The notes beneath the pieces are model-generated. The model searched no databases. It saw only the letters and a list, made by a program, of their open reading frames with translations, and was not told the DNA's origin. From Deltaproteobacteria bacterium GWC2_65_14 (GTDB lineage Bacteria > Desulfobacterota > Deferrimicrobia > Deferrimicrobiales > Deferrimicrobiaceae): 64,000 nucleotides of DNA. How positions within the stretch are numbered: the first letter of the stretch is position 1; every line of letters starts with the position of its first letter. Location of the stretch: assembly GCA_001797615.1 (NCBI GenBank), contig MGPV01000017.1, forward strand, positions 50,019 to 114,018, read 5' to 3'. Of this stretch, positions 26,819-35,295 are shown piece after piece. Made by a program: the position numbers and the translations under genes.

Positions 26819-26835
26819 GAGGAATCCTGAGGGAG

Positions 26836-27789
26836 ATGATGAAACGCGTCGCCTACGTCTATCACCCCGACTATCTCCTGCACGTTCCCCCCTTCGAGCA
26901 TCCGGAATCCCCCGAGCGGCTCGCCGCCATCCACGGGCACCTCGAAACGGTCGGTCTGACATCCCTGCTGCTCCCGACGACCCCGGACTATTCGGAGGAC
27001 GGGGAAATCCTCCGGGTCCACGACCCGGCATACCTCCGGAGGCTGGAGATGGCCTGCCGCCGGGGCGATCTGACGCTCGACGCCGAGGACACCTACATCG
27101 ACAAGAACTCCTATGCGATCGCCCTCCTCTCGGCGGGCGGCTCGATCGCCGGCGCAGACGCGGTGGCTTCCGGAAGGGCGGACCGGGCCTTCTGCGCAGT
27201 CCGGCCGCCGGGCCATCACGCGACGCGGACCGAGGGGATGGGATTCTGCCTCCTGAACAACATCGCCATTGCCGCCCGGCACCTCCAGGCGAGGCACGGA
27301 TTCGCCCGGGTGATGATCGTGGACTGGGACGTTCACCACGGCAACGGGACGCAGGACATCTTCCTCGAGGACCCTTCCGTCTTCCTCTTCAGCATCCACG
27401 AGAACCCCTCCTTCCTCTACCCGGGCACGGGACGCCGCTGGGAGACCGGGAAGGGGGCGGGAGAGGGAACGATCCTGAACGCTCCGATGCCCCCCGGTGC
27501 GGGGGACGACGAGTACCGGCTGGCCTTCGAGCAGCTGCTCGCGCCGGCCGTGGAGCGGTTCCGCCCCGAGATCCTCCTCCTCTCCGCCGGGTTCGACGCC
27601 CACCGGGACGACCCCCTCTCGCACCTCCAGCTGACCGGGGAAGGGTTCCGGTTCATGACCCGCTTCGTGGTGAGGCTGGCCGAAGCCTATTGCGGGGGAA
27701 GGATCGTCTCCATACTCGAGGGGGGATACGAGCCGCGATCGCTCACCCTTTGCACCGAGATCCACCTTCGGGAACTGCTGGCGGACTGA
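26836..27789 (+). CDS. acuC: Histone deacetylase-family enzyme (AcuC / acetoin-utilisation protein / acetylpolyamine amidohydrolase-like).
   Basis: Start MMKRVAYVYHPDYLLH. It has the HDAC zinc-site motifs (..CAVRPPGHHA.., ..MIVDWDVHHGNGTQ.., ..LLLSAGFDAHRDDPL.. and EGGY). Confidence 0.85.
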   Translation: MMKRVAYVYHPDYLLHVPPFEHPESPERLAAIHGHLETVGLTSLLLPTTPDYSEDGEILRVHDPAYLRRLEMACRRGDLTLDAEDTYIDKNSYAIALLSAGGSIAGADAVASGRADRAFCAVRPPGHHATRTEGMGFCLLNNIAIAARHLQARHGFARVMIVDWDVHHGNGTQDIFLEDPSVFLFSIHENPSFLYPGTGRRWETGKGAGEGTILNAPMPPGAGDDEYRLAFEQLLAPAVERFRPEILLLSAGFDAHRDDPLSHLQLTGEGFRFMTRFVVRLAEAYCGGRIVSILEGGYEPRSLTLCTEIHLRELLAD

Positions 27790-27813
27790 CACGACCGCAA
27801 AAAGGAGCCCTCT

Positions 27814-28473
27814 ATGTACGTCGCCAGAAGGATGCACCGAAACGTCGTCACGGCATCCCCCGGAGACTCCCTCCGGGAGGCCCGCGAGAGGATGCAGAGG
27901 AGGAATGTCCGCCAGCTGCCGGTCGTCTCCGCCGACGGGACGCTTGTGGGGATCCTCTCCGACCGCGACATCCGGGAGGCAATCCTCCCGGTCCGTTTCC
28001 TGCCGGGAACGACGGAGGAGGATCTGGAACGGATGCTCTCGGAGACCCCCGTCGAGAGGGTGATGACGCGGAAGGTGGTCACCGCGACGCTGCACGACGC
28101 CCTGGAGGACGCCATTGTCCTGCTCGCCGACTTCCGGGTGAACTCCCTGCCGGTCGTGGACGGAACGGGAAGGCTGGCCGGAATCCTCACCCGCGGGGAC
28201 GTTCTTCGGGCCTGCATCCAGGCGATGGGGGTCGGGGAGATCAGCTCCCGCCTCGAGGTCCTGGTTCCGGACAGGCCCGGGGCGCTCGCGGATGTCGTGG
28301 CGATCATCAAGACCTTCCACGTGAACATCATTACGGTCCTGACCGCAGGCCCCGCGGGGGCGGGGATGCGGACGATCTACTTCCGGTTGAGCACGCTGAA
28401 CGTGGCGCCGATCCGGAAGGCGATCGAGGAGGCGGGGTTCCGGGTTCTCGACCCGGGCTCCTTCATGCCGTGA
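27814..28473 (+). CDS. acuB: CBS-pair plus ACT domain protein (AcuB-like).
   Basis: 219 aa with two CBS domains (VRQLPVVSADGTLVGILSDRDI and VNSLPVVDGTGRLAGILTRGDV) and a C-terminal ACT-like domain. It is immediately downstream of the acuC-like gene, mirroring Bacillus acuBC. Confidence 0.75.
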   Translation: MYVARRMHRNVVTASPGDSLREARERMQRRNVRQLPVVSADGTLVGILSDRDIREAILPVRFLPGTTEEDLERMLSETPVERVMTRKVVTATLHDALEDAIVLLADFRVNSLPVVDGTGRLAGILTRGDVLRACIQAMGVGEISSRLEVLVPDRPGALADVVAIIKTFHVNIITVLTAGPAGAGMRTIYFRLSTLNVAPIRKAIEEAGFRVLDPGSFMP

Positions 28474-28526
28474 GGACGATGGTGCTCCGGGCGACGGGGG
28501 TCCTGACCGCCGATTGAGGGAACCCC

Positions 28527-29900
28527 CTACCCGCTCCCTTCCCTGCGCAGGATCCCCTCCGCCGCCAGGATGCCGTTCAGCGCCGCCCCGACGATCCCCC
28601 GGGACTTCCCCACCCCGTCCCCCGACACGAACAGGTTCGGGACGTTCGTCTCGAGATACCGGTCGGTGTCGTACTTGGTGTCGTAGAACTTGATTTCGGG
28701 CACATAGACCGTCGTCGAGGGGTGGGCCACCCCGGGAATCACCCGGGCCAGCAGGAGCAGGCTCTCCCGGAGGTTGTCGACAATCCTCCCCGGGTAGGCG
28801 AAGGAGATGTCCCCCGGGGTCACCCGGGGGCCGAGGGGGAGGGTCGGGGTCATCTTGTCGTAGCCCAGGTCCGCCGAATGGAAGGTCTCCGCCTTCGAGC
28901 GCCTCCCCTCGGTGAGGTCTCCCCACCGCTGCACGACGAGGCTCTCGCCGCCTCCCCAGAAGTTCGCGAACTCCATCACCTTGCGCCCCATCTCCGTGGT
29001 GTCCTGGATCGGCTCGGTCATGGAGACGGTATTCAGGATCGCGAAGTTGCTGTTCCGGGTCTTCCGTTTTTTCAGCGCGTCCCCGTTCACCAGCCGGAAC
29101 CCGTTCCGGATCTCCACGCGGACTCTCCCCCCGGGGTTCGTGCAGAAGGTCCGGGTCCGGTCCCCGTATGTGGGGGTGACAAAGAGGAATTTCGGGTCGT
29201 AGAGCACCTGCGTGATCTCGTCGAGGACGGGGTGGGCGACTTCGACCCGGCACCCGATGTCGATGGGCCCGTACCGGGTCCGGACGCCGTTGCGCCGGGC
29301 CACCTCGCGGAACCAGTAGGCCCCTTCCCGACCCGGCGCCGCCAGCAGGTAGCGGGAGAGGATCTTCCCGTTCGTCGTCCGGAGGAGGAAGAGCCCGTTG
29401 TCTTCCCGGGAGATGTCCTCCACCCGCGTTCCCAGGGAAAAGCGCGCGCCGGAAGCGGTGATCGACTCCGTGAGCCGCGCCACGACCCGGTGCGCGAGGT
29501 CGGTCCCCATGTGCCGCTGGCGTGCGGGAAGCAGGGTGATGTCCCAGAGGTCCTTGGAGGTTTTTCGCCGCACCCAGGAGACCCGGTCCATCCAGGTTCC
29601 GATCCGCTCCGCGTCCTCCCCGTACAGGACCGGGTCGGCCCCGTGCGCGAGGAACACCTCGTCGATCCCGGCGATCCGCGCGGAGGCCTCCTCCTCGGAG
29701 ATTCCCAGCTCGTCCAGGTCGAGCCCGATGTGCGGAGAGAGGTTCAGCTTCCCGTCGGTCATCGCCCCCGCACCCCCGGTCCGGGGCTTCTCCTCGAGGA
29801 CGATGACCGTAACCTTCCGAGAGAGCTCCCGCGCCGCGAAGAGCCCGGCCGGCCCGGCGCCGATGATCGCGACGTCCCAGCGCACGGGATCAGCGGGCAT
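28527..29900 (-). CDS. FAD-dependent oxidoreductase (COG2509-type uncharacterised FAD-dependent dehydrogenase).
   Basis: The real start is MPADPVRWDVAIIGAGPAGLFAA (a Rossmann GxGxxG dinucleotide motif), with a long C-terminal domain typical of the FAD-dependent protein C-terminal family. The upstream 103 aa of the track ORF is Arg/Gly junk. Confidence 0.7.
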   Translation of the reverse strand: MPADPVRWDVAIIGAGPAGLFAARELSRKVTVIVLEEKPRTGGAGAMTDGKLNLSPHIGLDLDELGISEEEASARIAGIDEVFLAHGADPVLYGEDAERIGTWMDRVSWVRRKTSKDLWDITLLPARQRHMGTDLAHRVVARLTESITASGARFSLGTRVEDISREDNGLFLLRTTNGKILSRYLLAAPGREGAYWFREVARRNGVRTRYGPIDIGCRVEVAHPVLDEITQVLYDPKFLFVTPTYGDRTRTFCTNPGGRVRVEIRNGFRLVNGDALKKRKTRNSNFAILNTVSMTEPIQDTTEMGRKVMEFANFWGGGESLVVQRWGDLTEGRRSKAETFHSADLGYDKMTPTLPLGPRVTPGDISFAYPGRIVDNLRESLLLLARVIPGVAHPSTTVYVPEIKFYDTKYDTDRYLETNVPNLFVSGDGVGKSRGIVGAALNGILAAEGILRREGSG

Positions 29901-30954
29901 GCCGTCCCCCCTCCACGCGCGGCCCCGCGGAGAGCCGGAAGGGATAGACCGTGAACCCGCGCCCGCGCAGGAAGGACTCGACCTCTTCGCGCCCCTCCGG
30001 TTGGCGGAGCAGGGCGAAGAGCATCCCGCCCCCTCCCGCCCCGCAGAGCTTGGCGCCCGCGACGTTCCGACGGAAGACCCGGCTCGCCAGAGCCTCCTCC
30101 ACCTGGCGCGTGGAAATCCCGGGGGCGATCGTCTTCCGGATCGCCCACTCCCGCGACACGGCGCGGCCCAGCCGCTCCACCTCTCCGGAGGAAGCCGCTT
30201 CCCAGGCATCCCGGGCGGCGCCGGCGATCCCCGCGAACTTCTTCAGGATCGCGGGATTCCCCTCGATCGCACCCCGGATCATCCTCCAGTTCACTCCCGC
30301 GGAGAAGTGGCTCTTCCCGGTGTAGGCGAGGACTCCATGCCCGGAGATCCTGCGCCCCGGGAGGCTGCCCGGGGGGATCCGGTCCGCCTCCGCCGTCCCC
30401 GGGAGAAACCGGATTCCCTGGATCCCTCCCCGCAGCGCCGCGATATGGTCCTGGCGCCCCGTCAGGTTCCGCAGGTGCAGCGCCTCGATCTCCATCGCCT
30501 TCCGTGCCGTGTCCCTCCACCGGCCCCGCCTCCCGAGCAGCGCGTCCGTCGCGAGCAGGACGGCGACCAGCAGGGCCGACGAGGCTCCCATCCCCGTGCC
30601 GATCGGGGCCTCGTTGCGAAACCGGATCTCGACGCCGGACAGGGGCGGAACGGTGCGCAGCGCCGCGGCGACAAGCCCGAACCGTCCCCTCCCCGGAAAC
30701 CGGTGGGTGTCGGCCGCTTCCTGCCGGCGGGCGAATCCCTCCGCCACGAGCCGCGCGCCCCCCGGGACCGGGAGGATCTCCACGCGGCTGGTCAGGCCTA
30801 CCGCCGCGTTCACCGTCAGGGAACCCGGGACAAGAAGGTAGAGGGGAAAGATGTCGAGCGTCCCCCCGGCGAGGTCGACGCGGTTCGGAACGACCGCCCG
30901 GACCGGGACCGCCGGGAAGCGCCGTCCTGCACGCATCGGCCACTCCCTGCGCAA
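29890..30954 (-). CDS. GHMP-family sugar/metabolite kinase.
   Basis: PNRVDLAGGTLD near the N-terminus and the GHMP ATP-binding motif PIGTGMGASSA. Its position beside gmhA suggests a heptose-phosphate kinase (HddA-like), but that is an inference. Confidence 0.72.
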   Translation of the reverse strand: MRREWPMRAGRRFPAVPVRAVVPNRVDLAGGTLDIFPLYLLVPGSLTVNAAVGLTSRVEILPVPGGARLVAEGFARRQEAADTHRFPGRGRFGLVAAALRTVPPLSGVEIRFRNEAPIGTGMGASSALLVAVLLATDALLGRRGRWRDTARKAMEIEALHLRNLTGRQDHIAALRGGIQGIRFLPGTAEADRIPPGSLPGRRISGHGVLAYTGKSHFSAGVNWRMIRGAIEGNPAILKKFAGIAGAARDAWEAASSGEVERLGRAVSREWAIRKTIAPGISTRQVEEALASRVFRRNVAGAKLCGAGGGGMLFALLRQPEGREEVESFLRGRGFTVYPFRLSAGPRVEGGRHAR

Positions 30955-31087
30955 TGGGCTCTCTCCGTACTTGTACCACGCCCCCCCGGGTAGCGGAAGA
31001 ACGCAATTCCCCCTTTACGCGCGGACGTTTTGCCCTGTATAACCTGTAGGCAGGAACGGATCCGAAACCCCGCGCAGGAGGAAACCC

Positions 31088-31789
31088 ATGCCGCCTGTCA
31101 AGATCCGCTGGTTCGGTCATTCCGGCTTCTCCATCCAGGACCCCTCGGGGAAGACGGTGCTGGTGGACCCGTGGTTCCAGGGAAACCCCACCGCCCCGGG
31201 CGACATGAAAGAGGTGACCAGGGCGGAGTTCATCCTGATCACCCACGACCACTTCGACCATGCGTCGGACGTGCCTGCGCTCGCACGGCAGACCGGCGCG
31301 CTCGTCGTAGCAATCTTCGAGGTGGCCGGGGATCTCAAAGCCCGGGGAGTTCCCGAGTCCCAGCTGCTCCATGGCGGGATCGGAATGAACATCGGGGGAA
31401 CCGTCGTGCTCGACGGATTCTCCTTCACGATGACGGAGGCCCGCCACTCCTGCACGCTGGGCTCACCCGCCGGCTACGTGATCCAGACCCCCTCGGGCGT
31501 CACCCTCTACCACTCCGGGGACACCGGGATCCTCCCCGGCATGGCGCTGACCGGGGAGCTCTTCTCGATCGACGTCGCGATCCTGCCGATCGGATCGGTC
31601 TTCACGATGGACTACCGGCAGGCTGCCCGGGCGGCGTCCCTCCTGAAGGCGAAGACGGTGGTCCCGATGCACTACGGGACCTTCCCGATCCTGGAGCCGA
31701 ACGCGGACCGGTTCGTCGCGGAGATGAAGAGGACGGCCCCGGGAACGCGGGTGATCGTCCTCTCCCCCGGGGAGGAAGCCTCGGTCTGA
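31088..31789 (+). CDS. Metal-dependent hydrolase of the metallo-beta-lactamase fold (UPF0173-like).
   Basis: MPPVKIRWFGHSGF.., the zinc motif ITHDHFDH, then HSGDTG and PMHYGTF. Confidence 0.8.
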   Translation: MPPVKIRWFGHSGFSIQDPSGKTVLVDPWFQGNPTAPGDMKEVTRAEFILITHDHFDHASDVPALARQTGALVVAIFEVAGDLKARGVPESQLLHGGIGMNIGGTVVLDGFSFTMTEARHSCTLGSPAGYVIQTPSGVTLYHSGDTGILPGMALTGELFSIDVAILPIGSVFTMDYRQAARAASLLKAKTVVPMHYGTFPILEPNADRFVAEMKRTAPGTRVIVLSPGEEASV

Positions 31790-31962
31790 CCCGGGCCGCC
31801 CGTATCCAGGCCCGTCCCGATTGCGCTCGGATCGGCTTCGTCGCCTCGGAGAAACTCTCCGCGATAAAGGGACCCTGGCTCGCGGGGGGAATCCCCTCGG
31901 CTACGCTCGCGATCTGCGCCCGCTCGCTGCCGTTCCGCTCGCCGCAAGCTGCACCCTGTTGT

Positions 31963-32007
31963 GGGGACACTCCTGTGTTCTTCGCGGAATACACCAGGAA
32001 TGTCCCC
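31963..32007. repeat. Palindromic hairpin element GGGGACACTCCTG-N19-CAGGAATGTCCCC (copy 1, intergenic).
   Basis: Read directly. A 13-bp stem with one mismatch and a 19-nt loop. A second copy with the same architecture lies inside clpB at about 59536..59585. Confidence 0.6.
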
Positions 32008-32039
32008 GCCGCCTCGTCGACTCCCCCCACAGCGCTGCG

Positions 32040-32159
32040 GGTCCCCGGTTGCCGGCAAAGCAGCCGCAGGAGGGTGGGCGGAGTGAGGTAAAGCGCAGCC
32101 AAAGCGTGCGTCCTCCAAGGCGAGCCACGAACGCAGCCCCCCTCCGAGGATGCGGAGCC
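32040..32159. repeat. ~120-nt intergenic repeat, copy A, with conserved termini GGTCCCCGGTTGCCGGC...GCAGG and GCAGCCCCCCTCCGAGGnnnCGGAGCC.
   Basis: It aligns with a second copy at about 46697..46809 (upstream of dusB) in the same orientation. The termini are nearly identical and the middle is divergent. It contains a conserved small hairpin CTCCG-N6-CGGAG. Confidence 0.55.
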
Positions 32160-32211
32160 GTCACCGTGGTCCCCCGCGAGCCAGGGGCCTCTTCCGGGAA
32201 GGGCGGGGGGT

Positions 32212-33147
32212 TCAGCCCAGGCGTTCGGCGACCGCGGCCATCAGCAGCGGGAAGAGGATCTCGTGCGGTCCGATCAGGTGGTATCCCTTCCCGCCGGCCC
32301 GGGTCGGCCGCGACACGACGTTCACGTCCGGGCGGTAGTGCCGGATGAAGTCCATGTTCACCGTGGTGATCCGGGACAGCGGTTTGCCGAGATTCCGGGC
32401 GACCGAGACGGCCTTGAGGAAGACCTCCGGCAGGATCACCGCGGAGCCGACGTTCAGGTAGACCCCTCCCTGCAGCCGGCAGACCATTCCGCAGAAGATC
32501 CGGAAGTCCCGGAGCGAGGCCTCCCCCGACGCCGCGCCGTCCGCCTCGGGGTGCATGTGGACGATGTCGGCCCCCAGGCAGACATGGACGGTCACCGGAA
32601 CGCGGAGCTTCCAGGCCTGCGCAAGCAGGGAGCGGTCCCGGTGCGGCGCCCGGGAGCCCGCGATCGCCCTCCCGACGGCGGCGCCGTACCCCAGCCCGTC
32701 GCGAACCCCGTCCGCCACGGCGGCGTGGATGAACCGCGCCGTCTCCTTCGCCATCCCGAACGACCCGTCCCGGAGCCGCTCGGCCACGTCTTCGGAGGTC
32801 TTCCCCGCCAGGGCAAGCTCCGTGTCGTGGATCACTCCGGCCCCGTTCATCGCCACTCCGGTGAAAAGCCCCTCCGAAAGCCCCTGGAGCAGGAGGGGGG
32901 AGAGCCCCACCTTGATGAAGTGGGCGCCGATCCCGAGAAGGACGGGGGCGTTTTGCCTCCTCGCGCGCGCGATCGCGACCGCTACCGCGCGGAAGTCCCC
33001 CGCGGCGAGGTAGCCGGGAAGTCCGTCCAGGAACTCCCCGAACGTCATTCCCTTTCGCACGGGAGCGGCGAACCCCCGCAGGGAGACCTTGCTTTTCCGG
33101 GAACGGAGCGACTCCCGGCGCAGCCGGGAGAGATCGACCTCCTTCAT
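32212..33147 (-). CDS. Hypothetical conserved protein (311 aa) translationally coupled to gmhA.
   Basis: The start MKEVDLSRL overlaps the gmhA stop (ATGA). Gly-rich motifs GIGAHFIKVG and VAMNGAGVIHD are present, but I cannot assign a family. The N-terminal 500 aa of the 813-aa track ORF is artefact. Confidence 0.55.
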   Translation of the reverse strand: MKEVDLSRLRRESLRSRKSKVSLRGFAAPVRKGMTFGEFLDGLPGYLAAGDFRAVAVAIARARRQNAPVLLGIGAHFIKVGLSPLLLQGLSEGLFTGVAMNGAGVIHDTELALAGKTSEDVAERLRDGSFGMAKETARFIHAAVADGVRDGLGYGAAVGRAIAGSRAPHRDRSLLAQAWKLRVPVTVHVCLGADIVHMHPEADGAASGEASLRDFRIFCGMVCRLQGGVYLNVGSAVILPEVFLKAVSVARNLGKPLSRITTVNMDFIRHYRPDVNVVSRPTRAGGKGYHLIGPHEILFPLLMAAVAERLG

Positions 33148-33725
33148 CGCTTCCCGACCTCCCGGAAGAGGAGGGTGTCGGTCAGGTCGCAGAGGATGTG
33201 CCCGACCACGATGTGGGCCTCCTGGATCCTCGGCGTGCTCCTGGAGGGAACGCACAGGGAGATGTCGGCGAGGGAGGCGGCCTTCCCCCCCTCTCCGGTC
33301 AAGGCGATCGTGAGGATCCCCGCCTTCTTCGCCACGCGGAGCGCCTTGAGGACGTTCGCCGAGGAGCCGCTCGTGGTGATCCCCAGCACGACGTCCCCCT
33401 TTTTCCCCAGCGCCTTGACCTGCTTGCTGAACACCTCGTCGAAAGCGTAGTCGTTCGCGACGCTGGTGAGGATGGAGGTGTCCGTGGTGAGGGCGATCGC
33501 CGGGAGTGGGGGACGCTCGATCAGGAACCGGTTCATGAACTCGGCGGCGATGTGCTGGGCGTCCGCGGCGCTCCCGCCGTTGCCGAACAGCAGGATCTTT
33601 CCCCCCGCCTTGAACGAATCCGCGATCGCCTTCGCGGCCTCCAGGATCTCCTCCGTCATCGTCTCGATCATCCGGAGCCGGAGCTCCGCGCCTTCCCGAA
33701 ACGCCTTCGCGATCGTTTCCTTCAC
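33144..33725 (-). CDS. gmhA: Phosphoheptose isomerase (D-sedoheptulose-7-phosphate isomerase, SIS domain).
   Basis: 193 aa with the SIS-domain GmhA pattern (KILLFGNGGSAADAQHIAAEF, GITTSGSSANVLKA and the LTGEGGG region). Confidence 0.85.
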   Translation of the reverse strand: MKETIAKAFREGAELRLRMIETMTEEILEAAKAIADSFKAGGKILLFGNGGSAADAQHIAAEFMNRFLIERPPLPAIALTTDTSILTSVANDYAFDEVFSKQVKALGKKGDVVLGITTSGSSANVLKALRVAKKAGILTIALTGEGGKAASLADISLCVPSRSTPRIQEAHIVVGHILCDLTDTLLFREVGKR

Positions 33726-33888
33726 CGGGTTCCTCCGAGACGGGTAGGGTACGATAATCCGTTTCCCGCGGGGCTGTCAAGAAACGGCGCCCCGCGGGAG
33801 CGGCGCCGCCCCGGCTTTCCTTTCGGAAAAAACCGATGTAGCATTTAGGGCATCTTATTCTCCGACCGAATGCAAAGAGGAGCAAGGT

Positions 33889-34287
33889 TTGGATGCCCTG
33901 ATCGACAGGATTCTTTCCGACAGCCGGACGATCGCCGTGGTGGGACTCTCGGAGAAACCGGAGCGTCCGAGCCACGGTGTGGCCCGCTATCTCCAGGAAC
34001 GGGGATTCCGGATCATCCCGGTGAACCCCAAGGTCCGGGAGGTCCTGGGGGAGAAGGCCTACCCCTCGCTCCGGGAGATCCCCGGAACGGTCGACCTCGT
34101 CGACGTGTTCCGGAGGCCGGAGGAGGTGGTTCCGGTCGCCGAGGAGGCGATCCGGATCGGGGCGAGGTTCTTCTGGATGCAGGAAGGCGTCACGAACCGC
34201 GAAGCGGAGGAGATGCTGGCGGGCGCCGGGATTCCCGTGGTCGCAGACCGGTGCGTGAAACAGGAGCTCGCGAAGCGGGGCAGATGA
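33889..34287 (+). CDS. CoA-binding domain protein (YccU/YneT family).
   Basis: 132 aa with IAVVGLSEKPERPSHGVARYLQERGFRIIPVNPK, typical of the CoA_binding_2 family. Confidence 0.78.
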   Translation: MDALIDRILSDSRTIAVVGLSEKPERPSHGVARYLQERGFRIIPVNPKVREVLGEKAYPSLREIPGTVDLVDVFRRPEEVVPVAEEAIRIGARFFWMQEGVTNREAEEMLAGAGIPVVADRCVKQELAKRGR

Positions 34288-34354
34288 AGCATCCTTCGCC
34301 TTTTTCCGCCGGGGAACGGACTCCGGGGGAGCGGGGCGGGCAGGGAGGAACGGT

Positions 34355-34677
<323 letters not shown>

Positions 34678-34681
<4 letters not shown>

Positions 34682-35295
34682 GCGGAGGACGGGGTGCCGC
34701 CGCGGCGGGCCGCTCTCCCGCAGGGCTTATCGCGCTTCTGATCGCGGCCCTCGTATCCGCCGGCTGCGGCGCGAAGCGGCTTGCCGTGGGCAGTTCCCCC
34801 TTTCCCGCGGAAAAGCCGGTGTTTCTGGACGAGCGCGGACTGGAGCGGTCCGCCCTACCCGAAACCCCCGAACCGGCCCGGCTCCTCTTCCTCGATTTCC
34901 CCTGGTGTCCCCAATGCGACGACATGTGGCAGGGGATGAACGCCGCGGCGCAGGCATTCCCTCCGGGGACTCTCCGGGTGTACCGGATCCTGTTCGACCG
35001 GGAGCGGCTGTTCACCCGGGGGGAACCGGCCGACGTGCCTCCGCTCCTGCCGACCTCCCCCCGAAATCCGGTCCTCGTCGACTCCGCGGGAAACGCCGTG
35101 CCGGTGACGACCTGGACGGCGATTCCGGTCCGGTTCCGGGACCGGTTCCAGGTCGGACAGGTCCCGATCCTGCTTCTGCTCGACCGGGAAGGGGTCGTGG
35201 CCGCCCGGTGGGTGGGGGTTTCTCCCTCCCTGGCTGCCTCCCTGACGGACGAAATCAGGGAGCGATCAGCCGCTCCCCCCTCCTCTGGAAGGTGA
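34678..35295 (+). CDS. Thioredoxin-fold lipoprotein with a CxxC motif (WCPQC), translationally coupled to trxA.
   Basis: A TTG at 34678 overlaps the trxA stop (TTGA). It has a lipoprotein signal peptide with lipobox LVSAGC, then FLDFPWCPQCDDMW. It shares a frame with the track ORF 34450..35295. Confidence 0.55.

Noticed and set aside
25516-29253. The 1245-aa minus-strand ORF, taken as a single giant protein.
   Set aside because: Only the C-terminal 425 aa (the CNNM/HlyC transporter, 25516..26793) is real. The upstream 820 aa runs antisense through acuC/acuB and is Gly/Arg/Pro-rich with no domains.
31790-32211. Possible SRP (4.5S) RNA, based on a CCGGCAAAGCAGCCGCAGG string.
   Set aside because: It lacks the conserved GGAAG...AGCAGCC asymmetric-loop context and terminal helix complementarity. 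I keep it only as a weak note inside a finding.
33759-33795. Hairpin CCGCGGGGC-N12-GCCCCGCGG in the gmhA / CoA-binding-protein divergent region, considered as a terminator.
   Set aside because: It lies upstream of both flanking genes in a divergent promoter region. It is not followed by a clear T-run on the strand where it would terminate a gene, so it may be regulatory or incidental.
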